NCBI GenBank assembly: GCA_002633005.1
Contig: NMRA01000078.1
Span: 814,820 to 878,819 of the forward strand
From: Phoronis australis
Taxonomy: Eukaryota; Animalia; Phoronida
DNA length: 64,000 nt
Direction: 5' to 3'
A model generated the notes under the pieces. That model saw only the letters and a list, made by a program, of their open reading frames with translations. It had not been told where the DNA came from and made no database searches. Numbering within the stretch: the stretch's first letter is position 1; each line of letters starts with the position of its first letter. The position numbers and the translations under genes were made by a program. This document shows positions 12,215-24,900 of this stretch, in pieces.

Positions 12215-14577
12215 ATCTCCTGATGCCCATCTCCAAACAGATCATTCAGAGTATACCCAAGGCAAGAAGCTATCTGGACAGGCTAGAATAGGCCAATACC
12301 TTCTGAAAGTAGACATTTAACCATGGCAAGGAAAATTTTGATGGCAGTCTTATAGTTGTCAACATTTGAAAATGAAAAAAGTGGAACACCTGGATCTACG
12401 CCATACTGCATGGGGGCAAACATCCACTGCAAAACCAAAAAAAATCCTGATTTTCTCTCTTCAGACGTGCTTGTGGAATAAAACTGGGTGTATATAGTGT
12501 ATAAAAGCATGAAAATACGCAGCCACAGATTAACACAATGAAATATTCTCTCGTGCATCAGAAAGCCAGACAAACTGATGCTGTGGTGAGATGTGGTACA
12601 AAGCTTCGAAATGTGGGATGACCCTGCCAAAAGCGGAATGACCCTGCCAAAAGCGCAACAGTTGGCGAGTAAGCAGTATGATATATTGACCTGCCTATTT
12701 CAAGGTTCTGGGTTAGGCCCAAAGTAGAAACAGAACGGCTGTTCAATGTGGCTGCAGATTGATGCCTCAAACATGAAGACGGTCTCAGTATGGCTGTAGA
12801 TTGATAAGTGAAGACAGTGTCAATACCCGATTAAATAGTGATAAATGTACAATTACTATACAACATCAAACATTCGAGATGAATTAGTAACAAGGAACTA
12901 GTCATCTCGTTGAGTATCAGCACTATTTTTGGAACAGTACAAGCCATATATCTAAAACTTAGTGCGGAAATTTTACAGATGTAACATGATGTATCTATTC
13001 AGTTGTTAGTAATAGTCCAGCTTCAGTACTTACAACAAATGCTCGCCATTTTCAGACATAAATAATTCCCAGATTTCCAATTTTCCATTTGTCAAAAACT
13101 TCTGACACTGTTGTAAATACCCACAAATTTTCAAAATATTTTCTGGTGTCAGCTACAACACATCAGTTGAGAACTACAAAATATTCGCTTCATGAAAAAA
13201 CTAGAAAAAATTTAACTCGTCCATCATATTGTGTCCAAAATTGATGAGGTTTTACCATAATATGACCATACACTATACTCTACAAACCACAAGCAGCTTT
13301 TTAATAACAGACTAAGATCTCAACGTATGCAATAAGATCTACATAACACACCTGTGCATCATGCTGGTCTCTATCTCCAGGTAATCAAACAGCATCAAAC
13401 ACTGATGAAGCATAAAAAAAAGAAATACGACCTGCACACGTTATCCAAGTACAGGGATAAATAGTACATATTATTTTTATTAGCTGCACACACGCATACA
13501 ACCAATGAGTCATTGCACAGTACACACCAAAAGTTGAGTGAAAAATAGAGTCAGGACTCGTAATTTTGGCAAAACCCTCACTACAGATGAGAAACTCCAG
13601 ATGGTAAACTTTACCCTTAATTTCCCATCATTCCTTGGTCTCCATGTCAGATAGCAAGTTTAATGATGAATTTCAGCCATCATAACCTGGGGGGTACTCC
13701 GGGTACTTTTGGAGCATACTGTGTGTAGTTTGCATTTTAATACCGGTTTCCAACAATAGGACACGGAAAAAAGTATCAGACACTACATTAAAACAATAAT
13801 TACACAGCACTGGAGCTTCCGTTTTCCAGCGCAAGATGGTCGAAGTAACTTATAATATATAGAAAAATACAACAAAATGTTACAAATATCATGTCATTGT
13901 AAGATCATAATAAATTATTAAATAAAAAATCAAATGAACGAACACACAACGGGGAGATTCAAATTCACACACTGAATGACACATAACTTCTTAAGTTAAG
14001 CTTGGCGTCCTCAACCTAGGAGACACACAAGCTGACGGACTCGCGATAAAATGACCGCGAACAAACTGCAGCTATAATCAAGTATAAATTACCGTAACTA
14101 TTAGACTCAAACAGTCAACCATGTATTATTACTACACATGAATGACAACATATGGAACAGTACCTTTCACAGAGCAAAGCCCTAAAATTATACTCACACA
14201 TACGACAAGATTCTTTAAAAAACCTTGGATGATTCCAACGAACACAGGGGCAGAACTGTGGGGAAAGGGGGAGGGTGAGGACAGTCTAGTCGATCACTAG
14301 TCAATTATCTCCCCCACATCATTCCTCATACTAGCTGATTAACCAGATTTTGTAATAGGTTTTTAAATTTTCTCCAAGCTCTGGAGGGTTGACAACAGCA
14401 ATACTGCATTTTTTGTTCCCAACAGTTTCATATCAATGAACTTCTAAATATCTGTTACAGTGCGAACACATCAGTTAGTTCCCTTTCAGAATCGCCCCTA
14501 CCATCACTTCCCAGCAAGGTTTGCTCTGCAAAAGTGATCCATTTCCAGTCTTCCACTGACAGAAGACAAATCGTTGG

Positions 14578-17500
14578 TTATGAGCCGGACTCCCCCTTTC
14601 TGTCATTCTCTGGGGTACCACCACCTGTAACGGTTACCGGGGTAACAGGAGCATACTGTTGTAGCCGTACATGCCATGCCACGCTGGTGACGGCAGAGAC
14701 AGTCTTGAACTGATGACAGACATTACGGGGGATGAAGTAGATGTCATTGTCCTGCAACTGTATGCGCGCATAGCGCATACCCTCGCGACGCATCAAGTTG
14801 AGCTTGGCGTCCTCAACCCAGGAGACACACTGCAATGAAAAGAACAGGTGGTTACCTGAACAAACAGCAATAAGGTGAGTATTTTAAGAGACATTTAAAC
14901 CAGCATTTCGCCCTGTTTAGCTGGCTAAAAATGAAAAGCGAATTAGCTCTCATTTATTCTGATAAAATTAATACATAATATTTCATTACTTAGGCAGGTT
15001 TCCATTTTTGTAACCAATCAAGTCACAGGCTGTGCGTACATTCCCAATTTTCGAATTTACAATTTACGGGTTGGATAACTCCAATAAAGTCTGAAAAAAT
15101 GTTTTCTGGACTTGGTGATGGAGTGATAGTTTAGAGGTCCTTGTTGGTAACGGAAGTAGAATCCTATCATGGCAAGGAATATTACGAGACCAATTTTATG
15201 ACCCAATCAGATCTTCATTTTTTAGCCAGTTAAGCAGGCCGAAGTAAAACTTTAACTGATGTCAGCAATCAGCTATTTCTAATAAATTCGCGAACACACG
15301 CACGCAAGCACGCACCCACACCAAATTTTGCTGTTTTTCATAGTTCTGGTAAAAGCTCATAAGAAGTCTATAATAATCCCAAAAATGCATTTTCCAGCAT
15401 TAAAACTTCTTGTGTCTATTTAAACCACATCTTCTCATCTCCTATAAAGCCGTGTGTAAAACCAAAATCAAATTGCTCTACTTGTTTCAACAAAATAATT
15501 CTCAAATTCCATTATTACCCCGATAACACTTTGTTTCGGTACTTGTAAAAAAAACACCCAAAGCATTTACGAGAAAAAACCTTCCGACGTTCACCAGTTT
15601 CAACATTCAGTGGCAGGCTACCTCTCCATCCAAACTGAATGTTGAAACTTAAGTATTGTGAAACGGTAATTTCTCAGTCTACTTTATCAGGCTAACTGAT
15701 TTAAAAAATGCAAAGTTATAAAAATGGACTAAGTTTGTGTCTTGCTCATATTAGAGATGATCCCTAGGCTTGGGAGGAACTGGATTTGTTGTTGTTTAAG
15801 ACCAGACTGAAGATGTGTATTTACATGCTCCTAACTATGCTATTGCATAGCAAGAACTAAACGATAATGTTATTAGAACGCCACCTACGCTAAACAAAGA
15901 GCAGTTGTATTCATTGACAAATTGTAAATGTGAAAACAAAAAAAAATCTGCTAACAGAAGACTTTTGCACAAGTGATGTACCTTGGGGGCTCACATAATC
16001 CACATCATACAGTGTTATTTCCCAACACCACGTCACAATAAATACTGGACACGATTGAGTGACTTATGGCCGCGAATAATTTTCAAAACAAAACTCGCTC
16101 TTGAAAACACTTGGCAATTTTCAACCTACTTCAGAAATGAACACTTAAAAATACCAAGCACCATCAAAGTTCAATAGTTTACCACATAAGTGCTGCCCCC
16201 TACCTGTGTCATTGGAGGCTCATACAGGTCCAACTGAAGGTGCTCTACAACATTGAGGAAGTTGGACGCATCAAAGCAAATCACATCCTTCACAATTCTG
16301 TTCTTTGTGGACCTGGAAAAAGATGACATTTAGTCTAGGATCAGTTTAAGCCAGAAGTCCCGACTAGTGACTCCACCTAGTGTCTGGTCACGGGACCAGC
16401 CTCTTCCCATTCAGCAGAAATAGTGCCTTCACCATATTATTTGACGACCTGTGAATTACAGCTTTAGTTTTCAGAGATGACTTTACACTACTGGTACCAG
16501 ATATTATTTATATTAAGGAAAAGAATGAGGTAGACTGTGAAACAAGTTTTTGACCTTGAACGTCACTGAAGACCAAAGCAGGTCAAATATAACATTTTGA
16601 AATTGATAATAAGTGGAGGTAAAACAAATTTCACGCTATGCCAATGATGCATTTTGCCAGCACACGTGGATGGACAGTACAACCACAAACACTTAACTGA
16701 TGACACCAACACGACACTTACTCCTGCCCACAATGTACTGCTTTCAGTACCCCTGCGGCGGCTGTAGTCTGGCGGTCAAACCCTTGACCAACATGGTCAG
16801 CATGGAAGCGCGTGCGGTCTTCAACCAAGGTCTCCCTTGAGGCCGATGACCGAGGCAGGTACTGTAGATTCTTCAACTCGTTGATACCCCTGTAAGGGAC
16901 CCAATGACACATTAGTAACCATTTTACAAGAGCTGCATGTGCTTATTCAGAATGATGGTGAGTGGCAGGGACTCATCTTGTAAAGTGGGGTCCAAATTCG
17001 TGAGATTGACGTTCGTCGTATCCAAGGAATCTCTATGAGGCTACCTGACATCTAAGGACACGGGAAGTATTGCCCCCAAAAACATGGCTACACGCATCTG
17101 CCTATCAGACGGTAATAGCCTGTGGTCTCGTTTATGTCTGAATATTCATCAAACTAAATCAACAAATTGTAAATTTCCATAAATTCTTTGAACCAGATAT
17201 GTTAACATTCTTCGTTTAGCCATCCTTTTGCCAAGATTGCCTTGAAACAGGCTGTCTTTTGTCTCTCTTGGTTGTGCTGCTCAAGTTCTATCTTTTTTAA
17301 AACTGGTCTTCCTTATGACAGCCCCTTGACGAGTCCACAGGGGCACTCCACCAACCTTCACTTTAAAAAACAAAAAAGGTTGAACGCAAAGGGGCTTCTG
17401 CTCCCTAAGTATATGCTGATACAAACTCCATTTGTATCGTATTGGCCATGACTGAGGTGTAAGATTTCAAAAGTAGATATTTTGCAGGGTCCCACACACC

Positions 17501-20500
17501 CTTAAGCATCACATGTTTATCAACACCAGCCATATAATGCTTATACAACAACTAATGTCTCACAACACCAAATATGAGACAGGATTCAAAATTAGCCAAT
17601 TAATATGAACATTTTGCAGGATCCTACAAAACCTTATTTGGTGACCTCCATTTTAACTAATACACCAAAAAAAAACAGGCTATTAGTCAACCAGTGAATT
17701 ATATATTTTCTGAAAGAAAAATATCAGAGATTTCACTAATTTTGTTAAAGTGGTTGACAATGAATCAAGTGAAACTTGGTTAGGGGAGGAATTTATCGCT
17801 AGACCAACATGTATTAAAATAGGTTAACAGCACATTGTGGCACACAACACATGCCGAAGCACACACCAAGGAGAATGAAAAAAGTATGAAATGCACAGTA
17901 TCAAGTGTGCTATGAGTAGGAGGTCGAAACAGTGAACTGTTACATTAGGGGTGAAATGAATGAATTTGGAGGATTTATCTTTTTTTACAACTTGATGTGC
18001 TTGTGATATGCAGGGCTTGGAATGACCAATGACAAAAAACGCGGAAACTTTGAAACTTTTACGGCCCAAATCATCGCCCGATAACCAGCCTAGAACTGGT
18101 CAATGTGAACCTTTCCCCGACAAAAATCGGGAGGACTAAAAAAAAAAAAAAAAAAACCAGTTACCACCACCACCATCAGTAGCGTGCGTCTGCGTCCTTT
18201 TAGCTCGCCCGTCTACTCCCAACCCACACTTTTTGGCTGCAGAGCGGTAGTATTTGTCGCCGCGCTTAACAATAACACGAGACGACATTGAAAATCACAC
18301 CACGCTATCCCAGATGCCCCGGCAATGTTGACAATTTACGTTCCTCCGAAACATAAAGAGCAACTTCCGCTTTTCGAGGTGAACGTCGTCTGCAACGCCG
18401 CGGTAAGAAAGGAACTTGCCGCGGAAATTTTATATCAAATCCGAGTTTTTACGCGGAAATATTATAAAAAAGCGGAAAGCACATTTGAAAAAAGCGGAAA
18501 TCCGCGTTTCCGCGGAAAATTCCAAGCCCTGGATATGCCAGACGCCATGCAGTGACTCGGTGCATTCGTCGCAACGTTATCGACAGTCACATGTACGTAG
18601 ACGTGTAACTCATTCAGGACCAAAAATACATTATGTCTTCATTTTCCACGGTATCTTTCCATGCTATGCACACCTCATACTCAGTGAATGAAAGGACTAT
18701 GAACTGCGGGAACTGCACAAGACAAGCGGAAGATTCAATTTGAGTGACAGGTACGTAACTTTTGACCTTGGATACGAAGTAAACAAATTTCCACGCGGTT
18801 GAAGGTGCCTCTGCTAAACCTTTATTTCTCGCTACACGGTAAATGCTTCGTATTTAAAGTCCCCAAGTATGAACATAAGGTATTTTGCTAGACATATCTG
18901 AAATTAAACTATTGTAAAAACGGCTAACTTGTTAAATAAGGTTTGGGACGTCCATAACCTTCACACATTTATCAGCATTAGCAACATCAAGCCTATACAA
19001 CAGCTGTTATCGCACACCACCAAATACAAGCCACCCACCTCTTCCTCTTCATGGGAGACTTGGGCAGGTCTGCGGTGGGTACAACCTGCTCCCCTGGACG
19101 GGTCCACAGGATGGGACCATCATTGCTATCATTACGGTCCATACCATGCAGCTGAGACAGTTCACCCCATGGCATGATCACCTGAAACGGAGAGATGCAA
19201 CTTGACTGCATTCTGAGCTAGTTGCGTGTAATTCAACACTTCCATGACAAAGACAGCCATTAGCGTCAGACTGAAGAACGGAATATTTAATAACCACACA
19301 GGCACTCAAGATTCCGAGTCATTTACCCACAATGCTGTGCAACTGCATGGCACTTGTATGAGGGCAATTTTACTTCAAAATCAATTGACCATCTCTCAGT
19401 GTTGTGCCTTTGTCAATCAAAATGTTAACAAGTTTATTGATGAGATTAAACTAATGTGACTTTTCACTACTTACTTTCAGAAACGGGTCTTCCTCCAGCA
19501 TATCTAGGAAATCTGGAAAGTAGTCCCCCACTTCCTCGTGAACAGTACCCACCAGACTGATCTGAAGGAGTGGTCCAGACCTGAACGTGCCGTGGGCATA
19601 CGTGTTGTGAACGGACTCCCTGTACCTCTCCATGGGCATTGTCTCAACATCAGACTTACCCAGGAGTGAGCTTTTAACAGTCATATTGGGATACAACAAG
19701 CCGAAGTGTTCGATTAAGTCAGGAATGCGCGATGCGGCATTGTGCACTATGGCCATGACAAAACGTGCATATCCTTCCTCACTCTCGCTGAATGCTAGTT
19801 TCAAGAACTCTTTGGCAAACTCGTTTTGCTCGTCAATGCCTAACTTTCCTACTTGTTCTTGATATGCACGTAGCACGCTAGCGCCACCATTGGCATGTGT
19901 GTCGATGTGCACGAGGTTAGCATATTTCAACTCGGACAAGTTGACGTCCCCTTGGACGCTAAACAAACTGGTGTCCATATTCCTGGGCACGGTAGCATAA
20001 GTGTAGTTACTAAACTGGGCCCATTTCTTTTTGGGGGTCACAGTCTTGACTTTGCCATCCAACAATCGTTTGTGTTCATGATGAGAGTGGTGTCGCACAC
20101 GAGTAGTGTCACCTCCTGCAAGCCCAATGTTCACGTCCCTGCACTCGGCAGAAGAATTCCTTCTCCTGCTTATTCGGCAATGGTATCTGTGCTCTACATC
20201 TCCGCCAGGGTCGCTTGACACGGAGAACTGTTTGTGAAATGATACTGCAGAACTAACAGATCCTGACATGCTGCTAGCCTCATCTGCAACAAATCCATTG
20301 GTGGACTGAAAACCATTCATAGCCTTAACTGGGTTACCGCTAGGTTCGACGTTTCCGTCATTCATCTGAGAGGTCATGCCACTCGAGGTAGGCAGGCATA
20401 CACTGTCAGTGTGTTGAGATTCAGCCTTAATTCTCTTGTGTTTGTGATGGTGGTGATGGTGCTTGTGTTTGTGCTTATGCAGTTTGTGAGGTTCCTTTTC

Positions 20501-21667
20501 TGTATGACCAACTCCCTCCTTGCGGGAGGAGCGACCGGATAGACCCTCACTTGATGACCCGTCTTTACTTTTGCTGCGAGACTTGTGTTTAGAAGATGAG
20601 GATGACGAACGATGAAGATGACGTTCATGACGTGACCCTGACCTTGTGTGTTTGGCATGAGTCCCCTGGCTTGAGTTGGTCCTGCCATCATTTGTTGACA
20701 GAGAGAGAACAGATCGCTGGTGTCTTTCCTCCTTCGCATGCTTTCCATTTTCACCTTCCTGGTGAGGATCATCTGAAACAAAAATAAATATTTCCTCGAG
20801 ATAACTAAGCCAATAATCTGACCTTAATTAACATACTACTGTACACATTGCAAATATAAATAAACGTGTCTCAGTGTTCTCCACAACATAAAATTCAAAC
20901 TCAACTGGAACTACAGAACTTGTGTGCGTTTTTTGAAATTCAAAGTCCATACTGAGGGGAGCTTAGGTGTTAAGTCTTGAAAGACATGCATTGAACTCAG
21001 GTACCAAAGTGAAAGTGTGGTAATTTACTTAAGAAATGCCTACTCTCTAAAGACTCAAAACTTCAAACTCATTTTTTTATATTGAACAGCCATAAAACTT
21101 GCACAAAACATTTTAGGCTACTGAAATTGTCCACGTTTTTGAGTGACACAATACTAATTGACACGTCTCACCATGTTTTCTTTTCTCGGTTGCAGAGGAT
21201 GAAATTTTTATTTTGATTGGTTTGACTGTTGGACTCCAGCACGTATCACTGTCTGGCTCCGGTTCACTGGTGCTGCATCTTCGGTAGTCGCCTAAGTAAC
21301 CGGAGTTTGACAAACGTCGATAATCGTGTTGAATGCGACGTCTCTTTCCCGAATCCGGGCTGACTGTGACGGTCGGCGACACTTGATCAGAGCTAACCAA
21401 ATTTATGGAGGCGGACGGTGTGCAATCGGCACGGAGGGGCTCGTTTTCGTCAGCCACGGCAAACTTTACCTTTTCTTCGTAACCTGGGAGATTTAAATTT
21501 GAGCCTTTCCGGGACTTGTCAGCTGTGACAGTTTGATCTCGAACTACATTCTGATTAGTTTCGTCATTTGGGCTCAATGTGTTTTGATGAAAAACTTGCG
21601 CTTGGACGATTTCAAATATATTTTGATTATTCTCCGTTGGCAGCGCACTTGTTCCAACGTCAGCCAT
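14578..21667 (-). CDS. RSBN1: RSBN1/RSBN1L-like protein (round spermatid basic protein 1 / KDM9 family), ~821 aa; exons 21667-21172, 20772-19475, 19181-19039, 16889-16722, 16312-16204, 14829-14578
   Basis: All introns are GT-AG with matching phases (1,0,2,2,0), total 2466 nt. Family motifs: His/Lys tract [163 protein letters not shown]. Confidence 0.93.
15808..16130. repeat. Dispersed repeat family; reverse-orientation copies at ~37495-37785 and ~62510-62760
   Basis: Blocks such as cagtgttatttcccaacaccacgtcac, gttgtattcattgacaa and tcctaactatgcta match the reverse complement of the other two loci. Confidence 0.8.
18011..18531. mobile_element. hAT-like MITE in RSBN1 intron 3
   Basis: Perfect 13-bp TIR cagggcttggaat / attccaagccctg, flanking direct repeat gatatg (18005-18010, 18532-18537) and many subterminal gcggaa motifs. 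Confidence 0.85.
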
Positions 21668-21916
21668 CTTGGGTTTTAATTTCCATACCCGGATGTGAAA
21701 TAGAGATATCCGAAAACAGTTGTAATGTCAATCGTGATTGGCTGGTATCTATAAATTGTCTTGAATTCAGCAAATGCCAGGGCACAGCAAATAAAACCGT
21801 AGCCTTTCTGTGAAGCTTGCACGAACTTCGCGCTAAGTTTTTATACGAAAGGTGCACAACAACGTGCGAACAGCTTCCTTATTAACATTTTAGTTTGGCA
21901 GCGCTTGGAAAAAGAG
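21668..21916. promoter_or_regulatory. Compact bidirectional promoter/5'UTRs shared by RSBN1 and SET
   Basis: Only 249 bp lie between the divergent ATGs. CCAAT (attgg ~21737) and tataaa (~21750) are present, and a YY1-like caagatggc overlaps the RSBN1 ATG. Confidence 0.75.
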
Positions 21917-24900
21917 ATGACCGACTCAGGCGGGACACCAGCAAAACAAGCAAAGGTCGACATTGGTGAAAGTGAAGGCGATGACAGTAGAGACATGGAT
22001 TTGGAGACCCAGCGAGCGCTGGAACAAATTGACTCTTGCCAACAGGAGATAGACACTCTTAACGAGAAGGCATCAGAAGAAATCTTACTCGTTGAACAGA
22101 AATTCAACAAAGAAAGGGAACCACATTATAAGGATAGGAACACAATAATTGAGCAGATCCCACAGTTTTGGGTTACAACAGTATCCTATAATCTTATCAT
22201 GTTTGAACTGGATCTCTTCTCTATCTCTCTTTTCCTGAATTTATGCCTTTTAAAAGAGAGAGGTCGGCAAACCTCCCTGGGCGTAGACACCTCTGTGTCT
22301 TGAGTGGTGTTATTCGTCAAAGGCTGTGACTAAAACCTAATACTTCTTGCACACTTGAAGCGTTTCAGCAAATTATGCGCGCATCAGTTGGCAGTGACGA
22401 TGTTACATCTGTAACCTTTTGTGAGTGTAGATGGAAAAAGTGAAAAAGAACCAGTTACTTCCTCTGAACAATGCCTTTTTAGTGGATGTAGCTGGTTCTC
22501 AAATTAGGTGACATCACATCAGACTATATTAGACAGTGCCACTGCCTCTACTACTTATTTTTAATTGTTTATTTATTTATTGTAATATCTAAAATGAGGG
22601 CATCCTCTTCTGTGACAGCACTGCTTTCCAAGAGCTAGGGCCCTCAACAACGAAATATAAAACAGTAGTATAATACAATAAAGTAGTAAAACAATAATTA
22701 AATACATGTAACAAAGAAACAATTAAAACAGGTTGAGAATTTGTATGATAAATAAAGGAAAAAGGATGATGGAAATTTAACTAAGAGAGGTGACATAAAT
22801 AAAAAGATGATATTAAATAGCAAGAGTATTTACGCATAATGAAAAATGATATAATTAAGACAGGTAAGGTGTAAGAATGGTTAAGTAAATTATAGCCACT
22901 TTTTAATATTAAGTTTGAATCAAACCGATTAATTTCTTGGCTAAGAGAGTTCCATACTGCAGCAGCAGTGGAAATAAAAGATCTCTTTCCGGTCTGGTTT
23001 TAATTTTTTTTTTTAAGAATCATAAACAGCAACAGAAGAACCCATAGAGTATATAGCTTGACTGTTACAGAATTTGCCCCCGAGATATGTTCAAGCCAAG
23101 CTATTGACACACCTGTACATGCAACAGGCAGAGATATTTACTTGTTTGTTTGACTTTAATAAAGCCAAGCTTGGAGTACAAGTCGTCCACCCAGGTGTCT
23201 CTAGTTCTAGTACCCTGGCAGCTCTGGATTAGTTGGACTTTGCTAACAGATGGTCTGTCCCCAAACCAGTAAACAATCATTATGAGGCTGAATAATAGAA
23301 TGGTAAAGTGTCTTAGAGTGCCTACAATAAAAAAAAATTACCTAGACATTGGTATGCCAATTTTCTTCGGTAATTTCTTTTTGATGTGATCTATGTGCAT
23401 GTTGAATTTAAGGTTGGCATCTAAAATAAGGCCTAAGTGCTTAAACTTGTCGACACTTTAAGGGAACTGTTGAAAGAAAGAGACAGTTTCTATTGTTTTG
23501 GTTTCTGGTGGGTTCTTACTAACTTAAGAGTGAGTTTATTTTGATCCAGCCAATCATGGAGAAGGGCTAGCTCATTGTTGAGAGAAGTTTCAAGTTCTCT
23601 TACTGATCCAGCTGTGGACATAATTGCAATGTTATCAGCATATAAAGCTGGTACACTATTGCCAAGGACAGTAGGGAGATTGTTAACAAAAAAGTGAATA
23701 ACTGAAGGCCCAGAATGTAGCCCTGAGGTACGCCGGTGATGACGGTTGAGTAGTCAGAAAGAATACCACGGTATTTGGTAGCTGTAGAGACTGTGATGCT
23801 TCCATAGGGCTAGCCTTGGTGCAATGCTGTATATTAAATGTACAGCTTTGCGCCGATGTGGGTAAAAAACTGACCAGATATAATCTGACACAAAATTTAT
23901 GTCGTTAAAAACTACTCTCTCCCTTGAGTAAACTGAATTATTTCCGGGTGTGGAGTTATCTTTTGCGTCAGCCTTTGGCGCCATGAAATATTGGGTCACC
24001 TATTGGCCAGTTTCTTTTTTTGCTGATTGTTCATGAAACTGTACACGTCACAACAAATTATCGAAAATGGTTTTATTTAACTACAAGTTTTTAGTAGTTT
24101 AATACCAACAAAATGAATTTCAGAACAATTTTTCCTGCTGCGAAGCTGCCATCTTCCGAGAGATGTCACAAAAGGTTAGGAAATGGCACGTGTTTATTTG
24201 CTCTGGTCTTTAGCTTTACATGTTGATATTACAAGGGGTGAGGTGACCAGCAGAACTACCCTTGCTAGGTGCTCTATTTTGACGATAGTCTTCATACAGC
24301 TAGCTGGCTGGCTATCATAGGCCCATCATACGCTGGCAGTTTTTCTTCCAATTATGCCGCACACGGTTTAAACCATCAAAGTCACATTGCTATTGCGTGT
24401 AGAGGAACACCTGAGGAGGCCTTTGATGTCTTTAATCCCTTCGTTCAGTTGCCCATTTTTACACTTCATACGCCAGAAGATATGACGTCCTATTTTCTGG
24501 CACCTATATTGTGTACTAAATTGTTGAATTTTTGCCACATACTCTTAGATTCACATACAGGATAGTACACTTGTACTTGACGCAAAGATCCAAGGTACAG
24601 TGTCCTTGTAATTTCCAATCGTGCAGTAACCTTTCCTTGTCAGTTCCCTCTGTGTATGACCTTTGACCTTAACACGTGTACAGTTCATCAATCACCCACA
24701 GATGTCAGCTCTGATGGAGGAAGAAGAGGAAGACTGTCTTCACTATCTCAAGCAGGTATTGTTGTTTACTGTTCTTTGTAAACATATAAGAAGCAGCACT
24801 CGGCATGGGCAAAAATGCCCTCTCGAAGGTATGAGGGACGGCATATTTGCCACTTGTATTCTCAGATTTGAGCTCGTAAAAGCTTGTGGTAAAAAACCAC

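Noticed and set aside
12618-12656. 18-bp direct repeat atgaccctgccaaaagcg
   Set aside because: A simple local slippage duplication with no further structure.
20374-20781. 135-aa ORF as a separate gene
   Set aside because: It is an alternative frame of RSBN1 exon 2. The spliced frame is continuous with ORF 19451-20377.
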